Shown piece by piece: positions 40,601 through 53,900 of a stretch of DNA of 64,000 bases (its first letter is position 1; each line of letters opens with the position of its first letter). The DNA comes from the human T2T-CHM13v2.0 reference genome, Homo sapiens: NCBI RefSeq assembly GCF_009914755.1, contig NC_060933.1; one strand, 5' to 3'. Below the pieces are notes generated by a model. It had not been told where the DNA came from. It made no database searches and worked only from the letters and a program-made list of their open reading frames with translations. Both the position numbers and the translations under genes were made by a program.

Positions 40601-43600
40601 CTGCAAGTGGATATTTTGATACCTTTGAGGATTTCGTTGGACACGGGATATCTTCATATAAAATCTAGACAGAAGCATTCTCAGAAACTTCTTTGTGCTG
40701 TATGTCCTCAATTAACAGAGTTGAACCTTTGTGTGGATACAGCATTTTGGAAACATTCCTTTAGTAGAATCTGCAAGTTGATATTTAGATAGCTAGGAAG
40801 ATTTCCTCGGAAACGGGAATATCTTCATATAAAATCTAGACGGAAGCATTCTCAGAAAGTGCTTTGTGATGTTTGCATTCAAGTCACAGAGTTGAATATT
40901 CCCTTTTATAGAGCAGGTTTGAAACACTCTTTCTGCACTACCTGGAAGTGGACATTTGGAGCGCTTTGAGGCCTATGTTGAAAAAGGAAATATCTTCCCA
41001 TAAAAACTAGACAGAAGCATTCTCAGAAACTTGTTTGTGATGTGTGTATTCAACTAACAGAGATGAACCTTTCTTTTTACAGAGCAGTTTTGAAACACTC
41101 TTTTTGTGGAATCTGAAAGTGGATATTTGGATAGCTTTGAGGATTTCGTTGGAAACGGGATTACATATAAAACCTAGAGAGAAGCATTCTCAGGAACTTC
41201 TTTGTGATGTTTGCCTTCAAGTCACAGGACTGAACATTCCCTTTCATAGAGCAGGTTTGAAACACTCTTTCTGTAGTATCTGCAAGCTGACGTTTCAAGC
41301 GCTTTCAGGCCTATGGTGAGAAAGGAAATATCTTCAAGTAAAAACTAGACAGAAGCATTCTCAGAAACTTATTTGAGATGTGTGTTCTCAACTAACAGAG
41401 TTGAACCTTTGTTTTGATATGGCATTTTGGAAACACTCTTTTTGTAGAATCTGCAGGTGGATATTCGGATAGCTTTGAAGGTTTCGTTGGAAACGGGAAT
41501 ATCTTCATATAAAATCTAGACGGAAGCATTCTCAGAAACTGCTTTGTGATGTTTTCATTCAAGTCACAGAGTAGAATGTTCCCTGTTATATACCAGGTTA
41601 GAGACACTCTTTCTGCACTACCTGGAAGTGGACATTTGCAGCGCTTTGAGGCCTATGATGAAAAAGGAAATATCTTCCCATAAAAACTAGACAGAAGCAT
41701 TCTCAGAAACTTGTTTGTGATGTGTGTATTCAACTAACAGAGATGAACCTTTCTTTTTACAGAGCAGTTTTGAAACACTCTTTTTGTGGAATCTGAAAGT
41801 GGATATTTGGATAGCTTTGAGGATTTCGTTGGAAACGGGATTACATATAAAATCTAGAGAGAAGCATTCTCAGGAACTTCTTTGTGATGTTTGCATTCAC
41901 GTCACAGAACTGAACATTCCCTTTCATAGAGCATGTTTGAAACACTCTTTCTGTAGTATCTGCAAACGGACATTTCAAACGCTTTCAGGCCTATGGTGAG
42001 AAAGGAAATATCTTCAAATAAAAACTAGACAGAAGCATTCTCAGAAACTTATTTGCGATGTGTGTCCTCAACTAACAGAGTTGAACCTTTCTTTTGATAC
42101 AACATTTTGGAAACACTCTTTTTGTGGAATCTGCAAGTGGATATTTGGATAGCTTTGAAGGTTTCGTTGGAAACGGGAATATCTTCATATAAAATCAAGA
42201 CAGAAGCATTCTCAGAAACTTCTCTGTGATGTTTGCATTCAACTCATAGAGTTGAACACTTCCCTTCATACAGCAGGTTTGAAACACTCTTTTTCTAATA
42301 TTTGGAAGTGGACTTTTGCAGCGCTTTGAAGCCTATGATGAAAAAGGTAATATCTTCCCATAAAAACTAGACAGAAGCATTCTCAGAAACTTGTTTGTGA
42401 TGTGTGTATTCAACTAACAGAGATGAACCTTTCTTTTTACAGAGCAGTTTTGAAACACTCTTTTTGTGGAATCTGAAAGTGGATATTTGGATAGCTTTGC
42501 GGATTTCGTTGGAAACGGGATTACATATAAAATCTAGGGAGAAGCATTCTCAGGAACTTCTTTGTCATGTTTGCATTCAAGTCACAGAACTGAACATTCC
42601 CTTTCATAGAGCAGGTTTGAAACACTCTTTCTGTAGTATCTGCAAGCGGACGTTTTAAGCGCTTTCAGGCCTGTGGTGAGAAAGGAAATATCTTCAAATA
42701 AAAACTAGACAGAAGCATTCTCAGAAACTTATTTGCGATGTGTGTCCTCAACTAACAGAGTTGAACCTTTCTTTTGATACAACATTTTGGAAACACTCTT
42801 TTTGTAGAATCTGCAAGTGGATATTTGGATAGCTTTGAAGGTTTCGTTGGAAACGGGAATATCTTCATATGAAATCAAGACAGAAGCATTCTCAGAAACT
42901 TCTCTGTGATGTTTGCATTCAACTCATAGAGTTGAACACTTCCCTTCATACAGCAGGTTTGAAACACTCTTTTTCTAATATTTGGAAGTGGACATTTGCA
43001 GCGCTTTGAGGCCTATGTTGAAAAAGGAAATATCTTCTCCTAAAAACCAGACAGAAGCATTCTCAGAAACTTCCTTGTGATGTGTGTACTCAAGTAACAG
43101 AGTTGAACCTTCCTTTTGACAGAGCAGTTTTGAAGCACTCTTTTTGTAGAATCTGCAAGTGGATATTTTGATACCTTTGAGGATTTCGTTGGACACGGGA
43201 TATCTTCATATAAAATCTAGACAGAAGCATTCTCAGAAACTTCTTTGTGCTGTATGTCCTCAATTAACAGAGTTGAACCTTTGTGTGGATACAGCATTTT
43301 GGAAACATTCCTTTAGTAGAATCTGCAAGTTGATATTTAGATAGCTAGGAAGATTTCCTTGGAAACGGGAATATCTTCATATAAAATCTAGACGGAAGCA
43401 TTCTCAGAAAGTGCTTTGTGATGTCTTCATTCAAGTCACAGAGTAGAATGTTCCCTTTTATAGAGCAGGTTTGAAACACTCTTTCTGCACTACCTGGAAG
43501 TGGACATTTGGAGCGCTTTGAGGCCTATGTTGAAAAAGGAAATATCTTCCCATAAAAACTAGACAGAAGCATTCTCAGAAACTTGTTTGTGATGTGTGTA

Positions 43601-44940
43601 TTCAACTAACAGAGATGAACCTTTCTTTTTACAGAGCAGTTTTGAAACACTCTTTTTGTGGAATCTGAAAGTGGATATTTGGATAGCTTTGAGGATTTCG
43701 TTGGAAACGGGATTACATATAAAACCTAGAGAGAAGCATTCTCAGGAACTTCTTTGTGATGTTTGCCTTCAAGTCACAGGACTGAACATTCCCTTTCATA
43801 GAGCAGGTTTGAAACACTCTTTCTGTAGTATCTGCAAGCTGACGTTTCAAGCGCTTTCAGGCCTATGGTGACAAAGGAAATATCTTCAAGTAAAAACTAG
43901 ACAGAAGCATTCTCAGAAACTTATTTGCGATGTGTGTTCTCAACTAACAGAGTTGAACCTTTGTTTTGATATGGCATTTTGGAAACACTCTTTTTGTAGA
44001 ATCTGCAGGTGGATATTCGGATAGCTTTGAAGGTTTCGTTGGAAACGGGAATATCTTCATATAAAATCTGGACGGAAGCATTCTCAGAAACTGCTTTGTG
44101 ATGTTTTCATTCAAGTCACAGAGTAGAATGTTCCCTGTTATATACCAGGTTTGAGACACTCTTTCTGCACTACCTGGAAGTGGACGTTTGGAGCGCTTTG
44201 AGGCCTATGTTGAAAAAGGAAATATCTTCCCATAAAAACTAGACAGAAGCATTCTCAGAAACTTGTTTGTGATGTGTGTATTCAACTAACAGAGATGAAC
44301 CTTTCTTTTTACAGAGCAGTTTTGAAACACTCTTTTTGTGGAATCTGAAAGTGGATATTTGGATAGCTTTGAGGATTTCGTTGGAAACGGGATTACATAT
44401 AAAACCTAGAGAGAAGCATTCTCAGGAACTTCTTTGTGATGTTTGCATTCAAGTCACAGAACTCAACATTCCCTTTCATAGAGCAGGTTTGAAACACTCT
44501 TTCTGTAGTATCTGCAAGCTGACGTTTCAAGCGCTTTCAGGCCTATGGTGAGAAAGGAAATATCTTCAAGTAAAAACTAGACAGAAGCATTCTCAGAAAC
44601 TTATTTGCGATGTGTGTTCTCAACTAACAGAGTTGAACCTTTGTTTTGATATGGCATTTTGGAAACACTCTTTTTGTAGAATCTGCAGGTGGATATTCGG
44701 ATAGCTTTGAAGGTTTCGTTGGAAACGGGAATATCTTCATATAAAATCTAGACGGAAGCATTCTCAGAAACTGCTTTGTGATGTTTTCATTCAAGTCACA
44801 GAGTAGAATGTTCCCTGTTATATACGAGGTTTGAGACACTCTTTCTGCACTACCTGGAAGTGGACATTTGCAGCGCTTTGAGGCCTATGATGAAAAAGGA
44901 AATATCTTCCCATAAAAACTAGACAGAAGCATTCTCAGAA
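34630..44940 (+). repeat. Tandem duplication, period 5104 bp (30 monomers); boundaries approximate
   Basis: Shared at +5104: TTTCCTCGG (35698/40802), GTCTTCATT (38321/43425), GAACTCAAC (39360/44464), ATACGAGG (39721/44825). Confidence 0.88.
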
Positions 44941-47900
44941 ACTTGTTTTTGATGTGTGTATTCAACTAACAGAGATGAACCTTTCTTTTTACAGAGCAGT
45001 TTTGAAACACTCTTTTTGTGGAATCTGAAAGTGGATATTTGGATAGCTTTGAGGATTTCCTTGGAAACGGGATTACATATAAAATCTAGAGAGAAGCATT
45101 CTCAGGAACTTCTTTGTGATGTTTGCATTCACGTCACAGAACTGAACATTCCCTTTCATAGAGCATGTTTGAAACACTCTTTCTGTAGTATCTGCAAACG
45201 GACATTTCAAACGCTTTCAGGCCTATGGTGAGAAAGGAAATATCTTCAAATAAAAACTAGACAGAAGCATTCTCAGAAACTTATTTGCGATGTGTGTCCT
45301 CAACTAACAGAGTTGAACCTTTCTTTTGATACAACATTTTGGAAACACTCTTTTTGTAGAATCTGCAAGTGGATATTTGAATAGCTTTGAAGGTTTCGTT
45401 GGAAACGGGAATATCTTCATATAAAATCAAGACAGAAGCATTCTCAGAAACTTCTCTGTGATGTTTGCATTCAACTCATAGAGTTGAACACTTCCCTTCA
45501 TACAGCAGGTTTGAAACACTCTTTTTGTAATATTTGGAAGTGGACATTTGCAGCGCTTTGAGGCCTATGATGAAAAAGGAAATATCTTCCCATAAAAACT
45601 AGACAGAAGCATTCTCAGAAACTTGTTTGTGATGTGTGTATTCAACTAACAGAGATGAACCTTTCTTTTTACAGAGCAGTTTTGAAACACTCTTTTTGTG
45701 GAATCTGAAAGTGGATATTTGGATAGCTTTGCGGATTTCGTTGGAAACGGGATTACATATAAAATCTAGGGAGAAGCATTCTCAGGAACTTCTTTGTGAT
45801 GTTTGCATTCAAGTCACAGAACTGAACATTCCCTTTCATAGAGCAGGTTTGAAACACTCTTTCTGTAGTATCTGCAAGCGGACGTTTTAAGCGCTTTCAG
45901 GCCTGTGGTGAGAAAGGAAATATCTTCAAATAAAAACTAGACAGAAGCATTCTCAGAAACTTATTTGCGATGTGTGTCCTCAACTAACAGAGTTGAACCT
46001 TTCTTTTGATACAACATTTTGGAAACACTCTTTTTCTAGAATCTGCAAGTGGATATTTGGATAGCTTTGAAGGTTTCGTTGGAAACGGGAATATCTTCAT
46101 ATGAAATCAAGACAGAAGCATTCTCAGAAACTTCTCTGTGATGTTTGCATTCAACTCATAGAGTTGAACACTTCCCTTCATACAGCAGGTTTGAAACACT
46201 CTTTTTCTAATATTTGGAAGTGGACATTTGCAGCGCTTTGAGGCCTATGTTGAAAAAGGAAATATCTTCTCCTAAAAACCAGACAGAAGCATTCTCAGAA
46301 ACTTCCTTGTGATGTGTGTACTCAAGTAACAGAGTTGAACCTTCCTTTTGACAGAGCAGTTTTGAAGCACTCTTTTTGTAGAATCTGCAAGTGGATATTT
46401 TGATACCATTGAGGATTTCGTTGGACACGGGATATCTTCATATAAAATCTAGACAGAAGCATTCTCAGAAACTTCTTTGTGCTGTATGTCCTCAATTAAC
46501 AGAGTTGAACCTTTGTGTGGATACAGCATTTTGGAAACATTCCTTTAGTAGAATCTGCAAGTTGATATTTAGATAGCTAGGAAGAGTTCCTTGGAAACGG
46601 GAATATCTTCATATAAAATCTAGACGGAAGCATTCTCAGAAAGTGCTTTGTGATGTTTGCATTCAAGTCACAGAGTTGAATGTTCCCTTTTATAGAGCAG
46701 GTTTGAAACACTCTTTCTGCACTACCTGGAAGTGGACATTTGGAGCGCTTTGAGGCCTATGTTGAAAAAGGAAATATCTTCCCATAAAAACTAGACAGAA
46801 GCATTCTCAGAAACTTGTTTGTGATGTGTGTATTCAACTAACAGAGATGAACCTTTCTTTTTACAGAGCAGTTTTGAAACACTCTTTTTGTGGAATCTGA
46901 AAGTGGATATTTGGATAGCTTTGAGGATTTCGTTGGAAACGGGATTACATATAAAACCTAGAGAGAAGCATTCTCAGGAACTTCTTTGTGATGTTTGCAT
47001 TCAAGTCACAGAACTGAACATTCCCTTTCATAGAGCAGGTTTGAAACACTCTTTCTGTAGTATCTGCAAGCTGACGTTTCAAGCGCTTTCAGGCCTATGG
47101 TGAGAAAGGAAATATCTTCAAGTAAAAACTAGACAGAAGCATTCTCAGAAACTTATTTGCGATGTGTGTTCTCAACTAACAGAGTTGAACCTTTGTTTTG
47201 ATATGGCATTTTGGAAACACTCTTTTTGTAGAATCTGCAGGTGGATATTCGGATAGCTTTGAAGGTTTCGTTGGAAACGGGAATATCTTCATATAAAATC
47301 TAGACGGAAGCATTCTCAGAAACTGCTTTGTGATGTTTTCATTCAAGTCACAGAGTAGAATGTTCCCTGTTATATACCAGGTTTGAGACACTCTTTCTGC
47401 ACTACCTGGAAGTGGACATTTGCAGCGCTTTGAGGCCTATGATGAAAAAGGAAATATCTTCCCATAAAAACTAGACAGAAGCATTCTCAGAAACTTGTTT
47501 GTGATGTGTGTATTCAACTAACAGAGATGAACCTTTCTTTTTACAGAGCAGTTTTGAAACACTCTTTTTGTGGAATCTGAAAGTGGATATTTGGATAGCT
47601 TTGAGGATTTCGTTGGAAACGGGATTACATATAAAATCTAGAGAGAAGCATTCTCAGGAACTTCTTTGTGATGTTTGCATTCACGTCACAGAACTGAACA
47701 TTCCCTTTCATAGAGCAGGTTTGAAACACTCTTTCTGTAGTATCTGCAAGCGGACGTTTTAAGCGCTTTCAGGCCTGTGGTGAGAAAGGAAATATCTTCA
47801 AATAAAAACTAGACAGAAGCATTCTCAGAAACTTATTTGCGATGTGTGTCCTCAACTAACAGAGTTGAACCTTTCTTTTGATACAACATTTTGGAAACAC

Positions 47901-50900
47901 TCTTTTTGTAGAATCTGCAAGTGGATATTTGCATAGCTTTGAAGGTTTCGTTGGAAACGGGAATATCTTCATATAAAATCAAGACAGAAGCATTCTCAGA
48001 AACTTCTCTGTGATGTTTGCATTCAACTCATAGAGTTGAACACTTCCCTTCATACAGCAGGTTTGAAACACTCTTTTTGTAATATTTGGAAGTGGACATT
48101 TGCAGCGCTTTGAGGCCTATGTTGAAAAAGGAAATATCTTCTCCTAAAAACCAGACAGAAGCATTCTCAGAAACTTCCTTGTGATGTGTGTACTCAAGTA
48201 ACAGAGTTGAACCTTCCTTTTGACAGAGCAGTTTTGAAGCACTCTTTTTGTAGAATCTGCAAGTGGATATTTTGATACCTTTGAGGATTTCATTGGACAC
48301 GGGATATCTTCATATAAAATCTAGACAGAAGCATTCTCAGAAACTTATTTGTGCTGTATGTCCTCAATTAACAGAGTTGAACCTTTGTGTGGATACAGCA
48401 TTTTGGAAACATTCCTTTAGTAGAATCTGCAAGTTGATATTTAGATAGCTAGGAAGATTTCCTTGGAAACGGGAATATCTTCATATAAAATCTAGACGGA
48501 AGCATTCTCAGAAAGTGCTTTGTGATGTTTGCATTCAAGTCACAGAGTTGAATATTCCCTTTTATAGAGCAGGTTTGAAACACTCTTTCTGCACTACCTG
48601 GAAGTGGACATTTGGAGCGCTTTGAGGCCTATGTTGAAAAAGGAAATATCTTCCCATAAAAACTAGACAGAAGCATTCTCAGAAACTTGTTTGTGATGTG
48701 TGTATTCAACTAACAGAGATGAACCTTTCTTTTTACAGAGCAGTTTTGAAACACTCTTTTTGTGGAATCTGAAAGTGGATATTTGGATAGCTTTGAGGAT
48801 TTCGTTGGAAACGGGATTACATATAAAACCTAGAGAGAAGCATTCTCAGGAACTTCTTTGTGATGTTTGCCTTCAAGTCACAGGACTGAACATTCCCTTT
48901 CATAGAGCAGGTTTGAAACACTCTTTCTGTAGTATCTGCAAGCTGACGTTTCAAGCGCTTTCAGGCCTATGGTGAGAAAGGAAATATCTTCAAGTAAAAA
49001 CTAGACAGAAGCATTCTCAGAAACTTATTTGCCATGTGTGTTCTCAACTAACAGAGTTGAACCTTTGTTTTGATATGGCATTTTGGAAACACTCTTTTTG
49101 TAGAATCTGCAGGTGGATATTCGGATAGCTTTGAAGGTTTCGTTGGAAACGGGAATATCTTCATATAAAATCTTGACGGAAGCATTCTCAGAAACTGCTT
49201 TGTGATGTTTTCATTCAAGTCACAGAGTAGAATCTTCCCTGTTATATACCAGGTTTCAGACACTCTTTCTGCACTACCTGGAAGTGGACATTTGCAGCGC
49301 TTTGAGGCCTATGATGAAAAAGGAAATATCTTCCCATAAAAACTAGACAGAAGCATTCTCAGAAACTTGTTTGTGATGTGTGTATTCAACTAACAGAGAT
49401 GAACCTTTCTTTTTACAGAGCAGTTTTGAAACACTCTTTTTGTGGAATCTGAAAGTGGATATTTGGATAGCTTTGAGGATTTCGTTGGAAACGGGATTAC
49501 ATATAAAATCTAGAGAGAAGCATTCTCAGGAACTTCTTTGTGATGTTTGCATTCACGTCACAGAACTGAACATTCCCTTTCATAGAGCATGTTTGAAACA
49601 CTCTTTCTGTAGTATCTGCAAACGGACATTTCAAACGCTTTCAGGCCTATGGTGAGAAAGGAAATATCTTCAAATAAAAACTAGACAGAAGCATTCTCAG
49701 AAACTTATTTGCGATGTGTGTCCTCAACTAACAGAGTTGAACCTTTCTTTTGATACAACATTTTGGAAACACTCTTTTTGTGGAATCTGCAAGTGGATAT
49801 TTGGATAGCTTTGAAGGTTTTGTTGGAAACGGGAATATCTTCATATAAAATCAAGACAGAAGCATTCTCAGAAACTTCTCTGTGATGTTTGCATTCAACT
49901 CATAGAGTTGAACACTTCCCTTCATACAGCAGGTTTGAAACACTCTTTTTCTAATATTTGGAAGTGGACTTTTGCAGCGCTTTGAAGCCTATGATGAAAA
50001 AGGTAATATCTTCCCATAAAAACTAGACAGAAGCATTCTCAGAAACTTGTTTGTGATGTGTGTATTCAACTAACAGAGATGAACCTTTCTTTTTACAGAG
50101 CAGTTTTGAAACACTCTTTTTGTGGAATCTGAAAGTGGATATTTGGATAGCTTTGCGGATTTCGTTGGAAACGGGATTACATATAAAATCTAGGGAGAAG
50201 CATTCTCAGGAACTTCTTTGTGATGTTTGCATTCAAGTCACAGAACTGAACATTCCCTTTCATAGAGCAGGTTTGAAACACTCTTTCTGTAGTATCTGCA
50301 AGCGGACGTTTTAAGCGCTTTCAGGCCTGTGGTGAGAAAGGAAATATCTTCAAATAAAAACTAGACAGAAGCATTCTCAGAAACTTATTTGCGATGTGTG
50401 TCCTCAACTAACAGAGTTGAACCTTTCTTTTGATACAACATTTTGGAAACACTCTTTTTGTAGAATCTGCAAGTGGATATTTGGATAGCTTTGAAGGTTT
50501 CGTTGGAAACGGGAATATCTTCATATGAAATCAAGACAGAAGCATTCTCAGAAACTTCTCTGTGATGTTTGCATTCAACTCATAGAGTTGAACACTTCCC
50601 TTCATACAGCAGGTTTGAAACACTCTTTTTCTAATATTTGGAAGTGGACATTTGCAGCGCTTTGAGGCCTATGTTGAAAAAGGAAATATCTTCTCCTAAA
50701 AACCAGACAGAAGCATTCTCAGAAACTTCCTTGTGATGTGTGTACTCAAGTAACAGAGTTGAACCTTCCTTTTGACAGAGCAGTTTTGAAGCACTCTTTT
50801 TGTAGAATCTGCAAGTGGATATTTTGATACCTTTGAGGATTTCGTTGGACACGGGATATCTTCATATAAAATCTAGACAGAAGCATTCTCAGAAACTTCT

Positions 50901-53900
50901 TTGTGCTGTATGTCCTCAATTAACAGAGTTGAACCTTTGTGTGGATACAGCATTTTGGAAACATTCCTTTAGTAGAATCTGCAAGTTGATATTTAGATAG
51001 CTAGGAAGATTTCCTTGGAAACGGGAATATCTTCATATAAAATCTAGACGGAAGCATTCTCAGAAAGTGCTTTGTGATGTCTTCATTCAAGTCACAGAGT
51101 AGAATGTTCCCTTTTATAGAGCAGGTTTGAAACACTCTTTCTGCACTACCTGGAAGTGGACATTTGGAGCGCTTTGAGGCCTATGTTGAAAAAGGAAATA
51201 TCTTCCCATAAAAACTAGACAGAAGCATTCTCAGAAACTTGTTTGTGATGTGTGTATTCAACTAACAGAGATGAACCTTTCTTTTTACAGAGCAGTTTTG
51301 AAACACTCTTTTTGTGGAATCTGAAAGTGGATATTTGGATAGCTTTGAGGATTTCGTTGGAAACGGGATTACATATAAAACCTAGAGAGAAGCATTCTCA
51401 GGAACTTCTTTGTGATGTTTGCCTTCAAGTCACAGGACTGAACATTCCCTTTCATAGAGCAGGTTTGAAACACTCTTTCTGTAGTATCTGCAAGCTGACG
51501 TTTCAAGCGCTTTCAGGCCTATGGTGACAAAGGAAATATCTTCAAGTAAAAACTAGACAGAAGCATTCTCAGAAACTTATTTGCGATGTGTGTTCTCAAC
51601 TAACAGAGTTGAACCTTTGTTTTGATATGGCATTTTGGAAACACTCTTTTTGTAGAATCTGCAGGTGGATATTCGGATAGCTTTGAAGGTTTCGTTGGAA
51701 ACGGGAATATCTTCATATAAAATCTGGACGGAAGCATTCTCAGAAACTGCTTTGTGATGTTTTCATTCAAGTCACAGAGTAGAATGTTCCCTGTTATATA
51801 CCAGGTTTGAGACACTCTTTCTGCACTACCTGGAAGTGGACGTTTGGAGCGCTTTGAGGCCTATGTTGAAAAAGGAAATATCTTCCCATAAAAACTAGAC
51901 AGAAGCATTCTCAGAAACTTGTTTGTGATGTGTGTATTCAACTAACAGAGATGAACCTTTCTTTTTACAGAGCAGTTTTGAAACACTCTTTTTGTGGAAT
52001 CTGAAAGTGGATATTTGGATAGCTTTGAGGATTTCGTTGGAAACGGGATTACATATAAAACCTAGAGAGAAGCATTCTCAGGAACTTCTTTGTGATGTTT
52101 GCATTCAAGTCACAGAACTCAACATTCCCTTTCATAGAGCAGGTTTGAAACACTCTTTCTGTAGTATCTGCAAGCTGACGTTTCAAGCGCTTTCAGGCCT
52201 ATGGTGAGAAAGGAAATATCTTCAAGTAAAAACTAGACAGAAGCATTCTCAGAAACTTATTTGCGATGTGTGTTCTCAACTAACAGAGTTGAACCTTTGT
52301 TTTGATATGGCATTTTGGAAACACTCTTTTTGTAGAATCTGCAGGTGGATATTCGGATAGCTTTGAAGGTTTCGTTGGAAACGGGAATATCTTCATATAA
52401 AATCTAGACGGAAGCATTCTCAGAAACTGCTTTGTGATGTTTTCATTCAAGTCACAGAGTAGAATGTTCCCTGTTATATACGAGGTTTGAGACACTCTTT
52501 CTGCACTACCTGGAAGTGGACATTTGCAGCGCTTTGAGGCCTATGATGAAAAAGGAAATATCTTCCCATAAAAACTAGACAGAAGCATTCTCAGAAACTT
52601 GTTTGTGATGTGTGTATTCAACTAACAGAGATGAACCTTTCTTTTTACAGAGCAGTTTTGAAACACTCTTTTTGTGGAATCTGAAAGTGGATATTTGGAT
52701 AGCTTTTAGGATTTCCTTGGAAACGGGATTACATATAAAATCTAGAGAGAAGCATTCTCAGGAACTTCTTTGTGATGTTTGCATTCACGTCACAGAACTG
52801 AACATTCCCTTTCATAGAGCATGTTTGAAACACTCTTTCTGTAGTATCTGCAAACGGACATTTCAAACGCTTTCAGGCCTATGGTGAGAAAGGAAATATC
52901 TTCAAATAAAAACTAGACAGAAGCATTCTCAGAAACTTATTTGCGATGTGTGTCCTCAACTAACAGAGTTGAACCTTTCTTTTGATACAACATTTTGGAA
53001 ACACTCTTTTTGTAGAATCTGCAAGTGGATATTTGAATAGCTTTGAAGGTTTCGTTGGAAACGGGAATATCTTCATATAAAATCAAGACAGAAGCATTCT
53101 CAGAAACTTCTCTGTGATGTTTGCATTCAACTCATAGAGTTGAACACTTCCCTTCATACAGCAGGTTTGAAACACTCTTTTTGTAATATTTGGAAGTGGA
53201 CATTTGCAGCGCTTTGAGGCCTATGATGAAAAAGGAAATATCTTCCCATAAAAACTAGACAGAAGCATTCTCAGAAACTTGTTTGTGATGTGTGTATTCA
53301 ACTAACAGAGATGAACCTTTCTTTTTACAGAGCAGTTTTGAAACACTCTTTTTGTGGAATCTGAAAGTGGATATTTGGATAGCTTTGCGGATTTCGTTGG
53401 AAACGGGATTACATATAAAATCTAGGGAGAAGCATTCTCAGGAACTTCTTTGTGATGTTTGCATTCAAGTCACAGAACTGAACATTCCCTTTCATAGAGC
53501 AGGTTTGAAACACTCTTTCTGTAGTATCTGCAAGCGGACGTTTTAAGCGCTTTCAGGCCTGTGGTGAGAAAGGAAATATCTTCAAATAAAAACTAGACAG
53601 AAGCATTCTCAGAAACTTATTTGCGATGTGTGTCCTCAACTAACAGAGTTGAACCTTTCTTTTGATACAACATTTTGGAAACACTCTTTTTCTAGAATCT
53701 GCAAGTGGATATTTGGATAGCTTTGAAGGTTTCGTTGGAAACGGGAATATCTTCATATGAAATCAAGACAGAAGCATTCTCAGAAACTTCTCTGTGATGT
53801 TTGCATTCAACTCATAGAGTTGAACACTTCCCTTCATACAGCAGGTTTGAAACACTCTTTTTCTAATATTTGGAAGTGGACATTTGCAGCGCTTTGAGGC

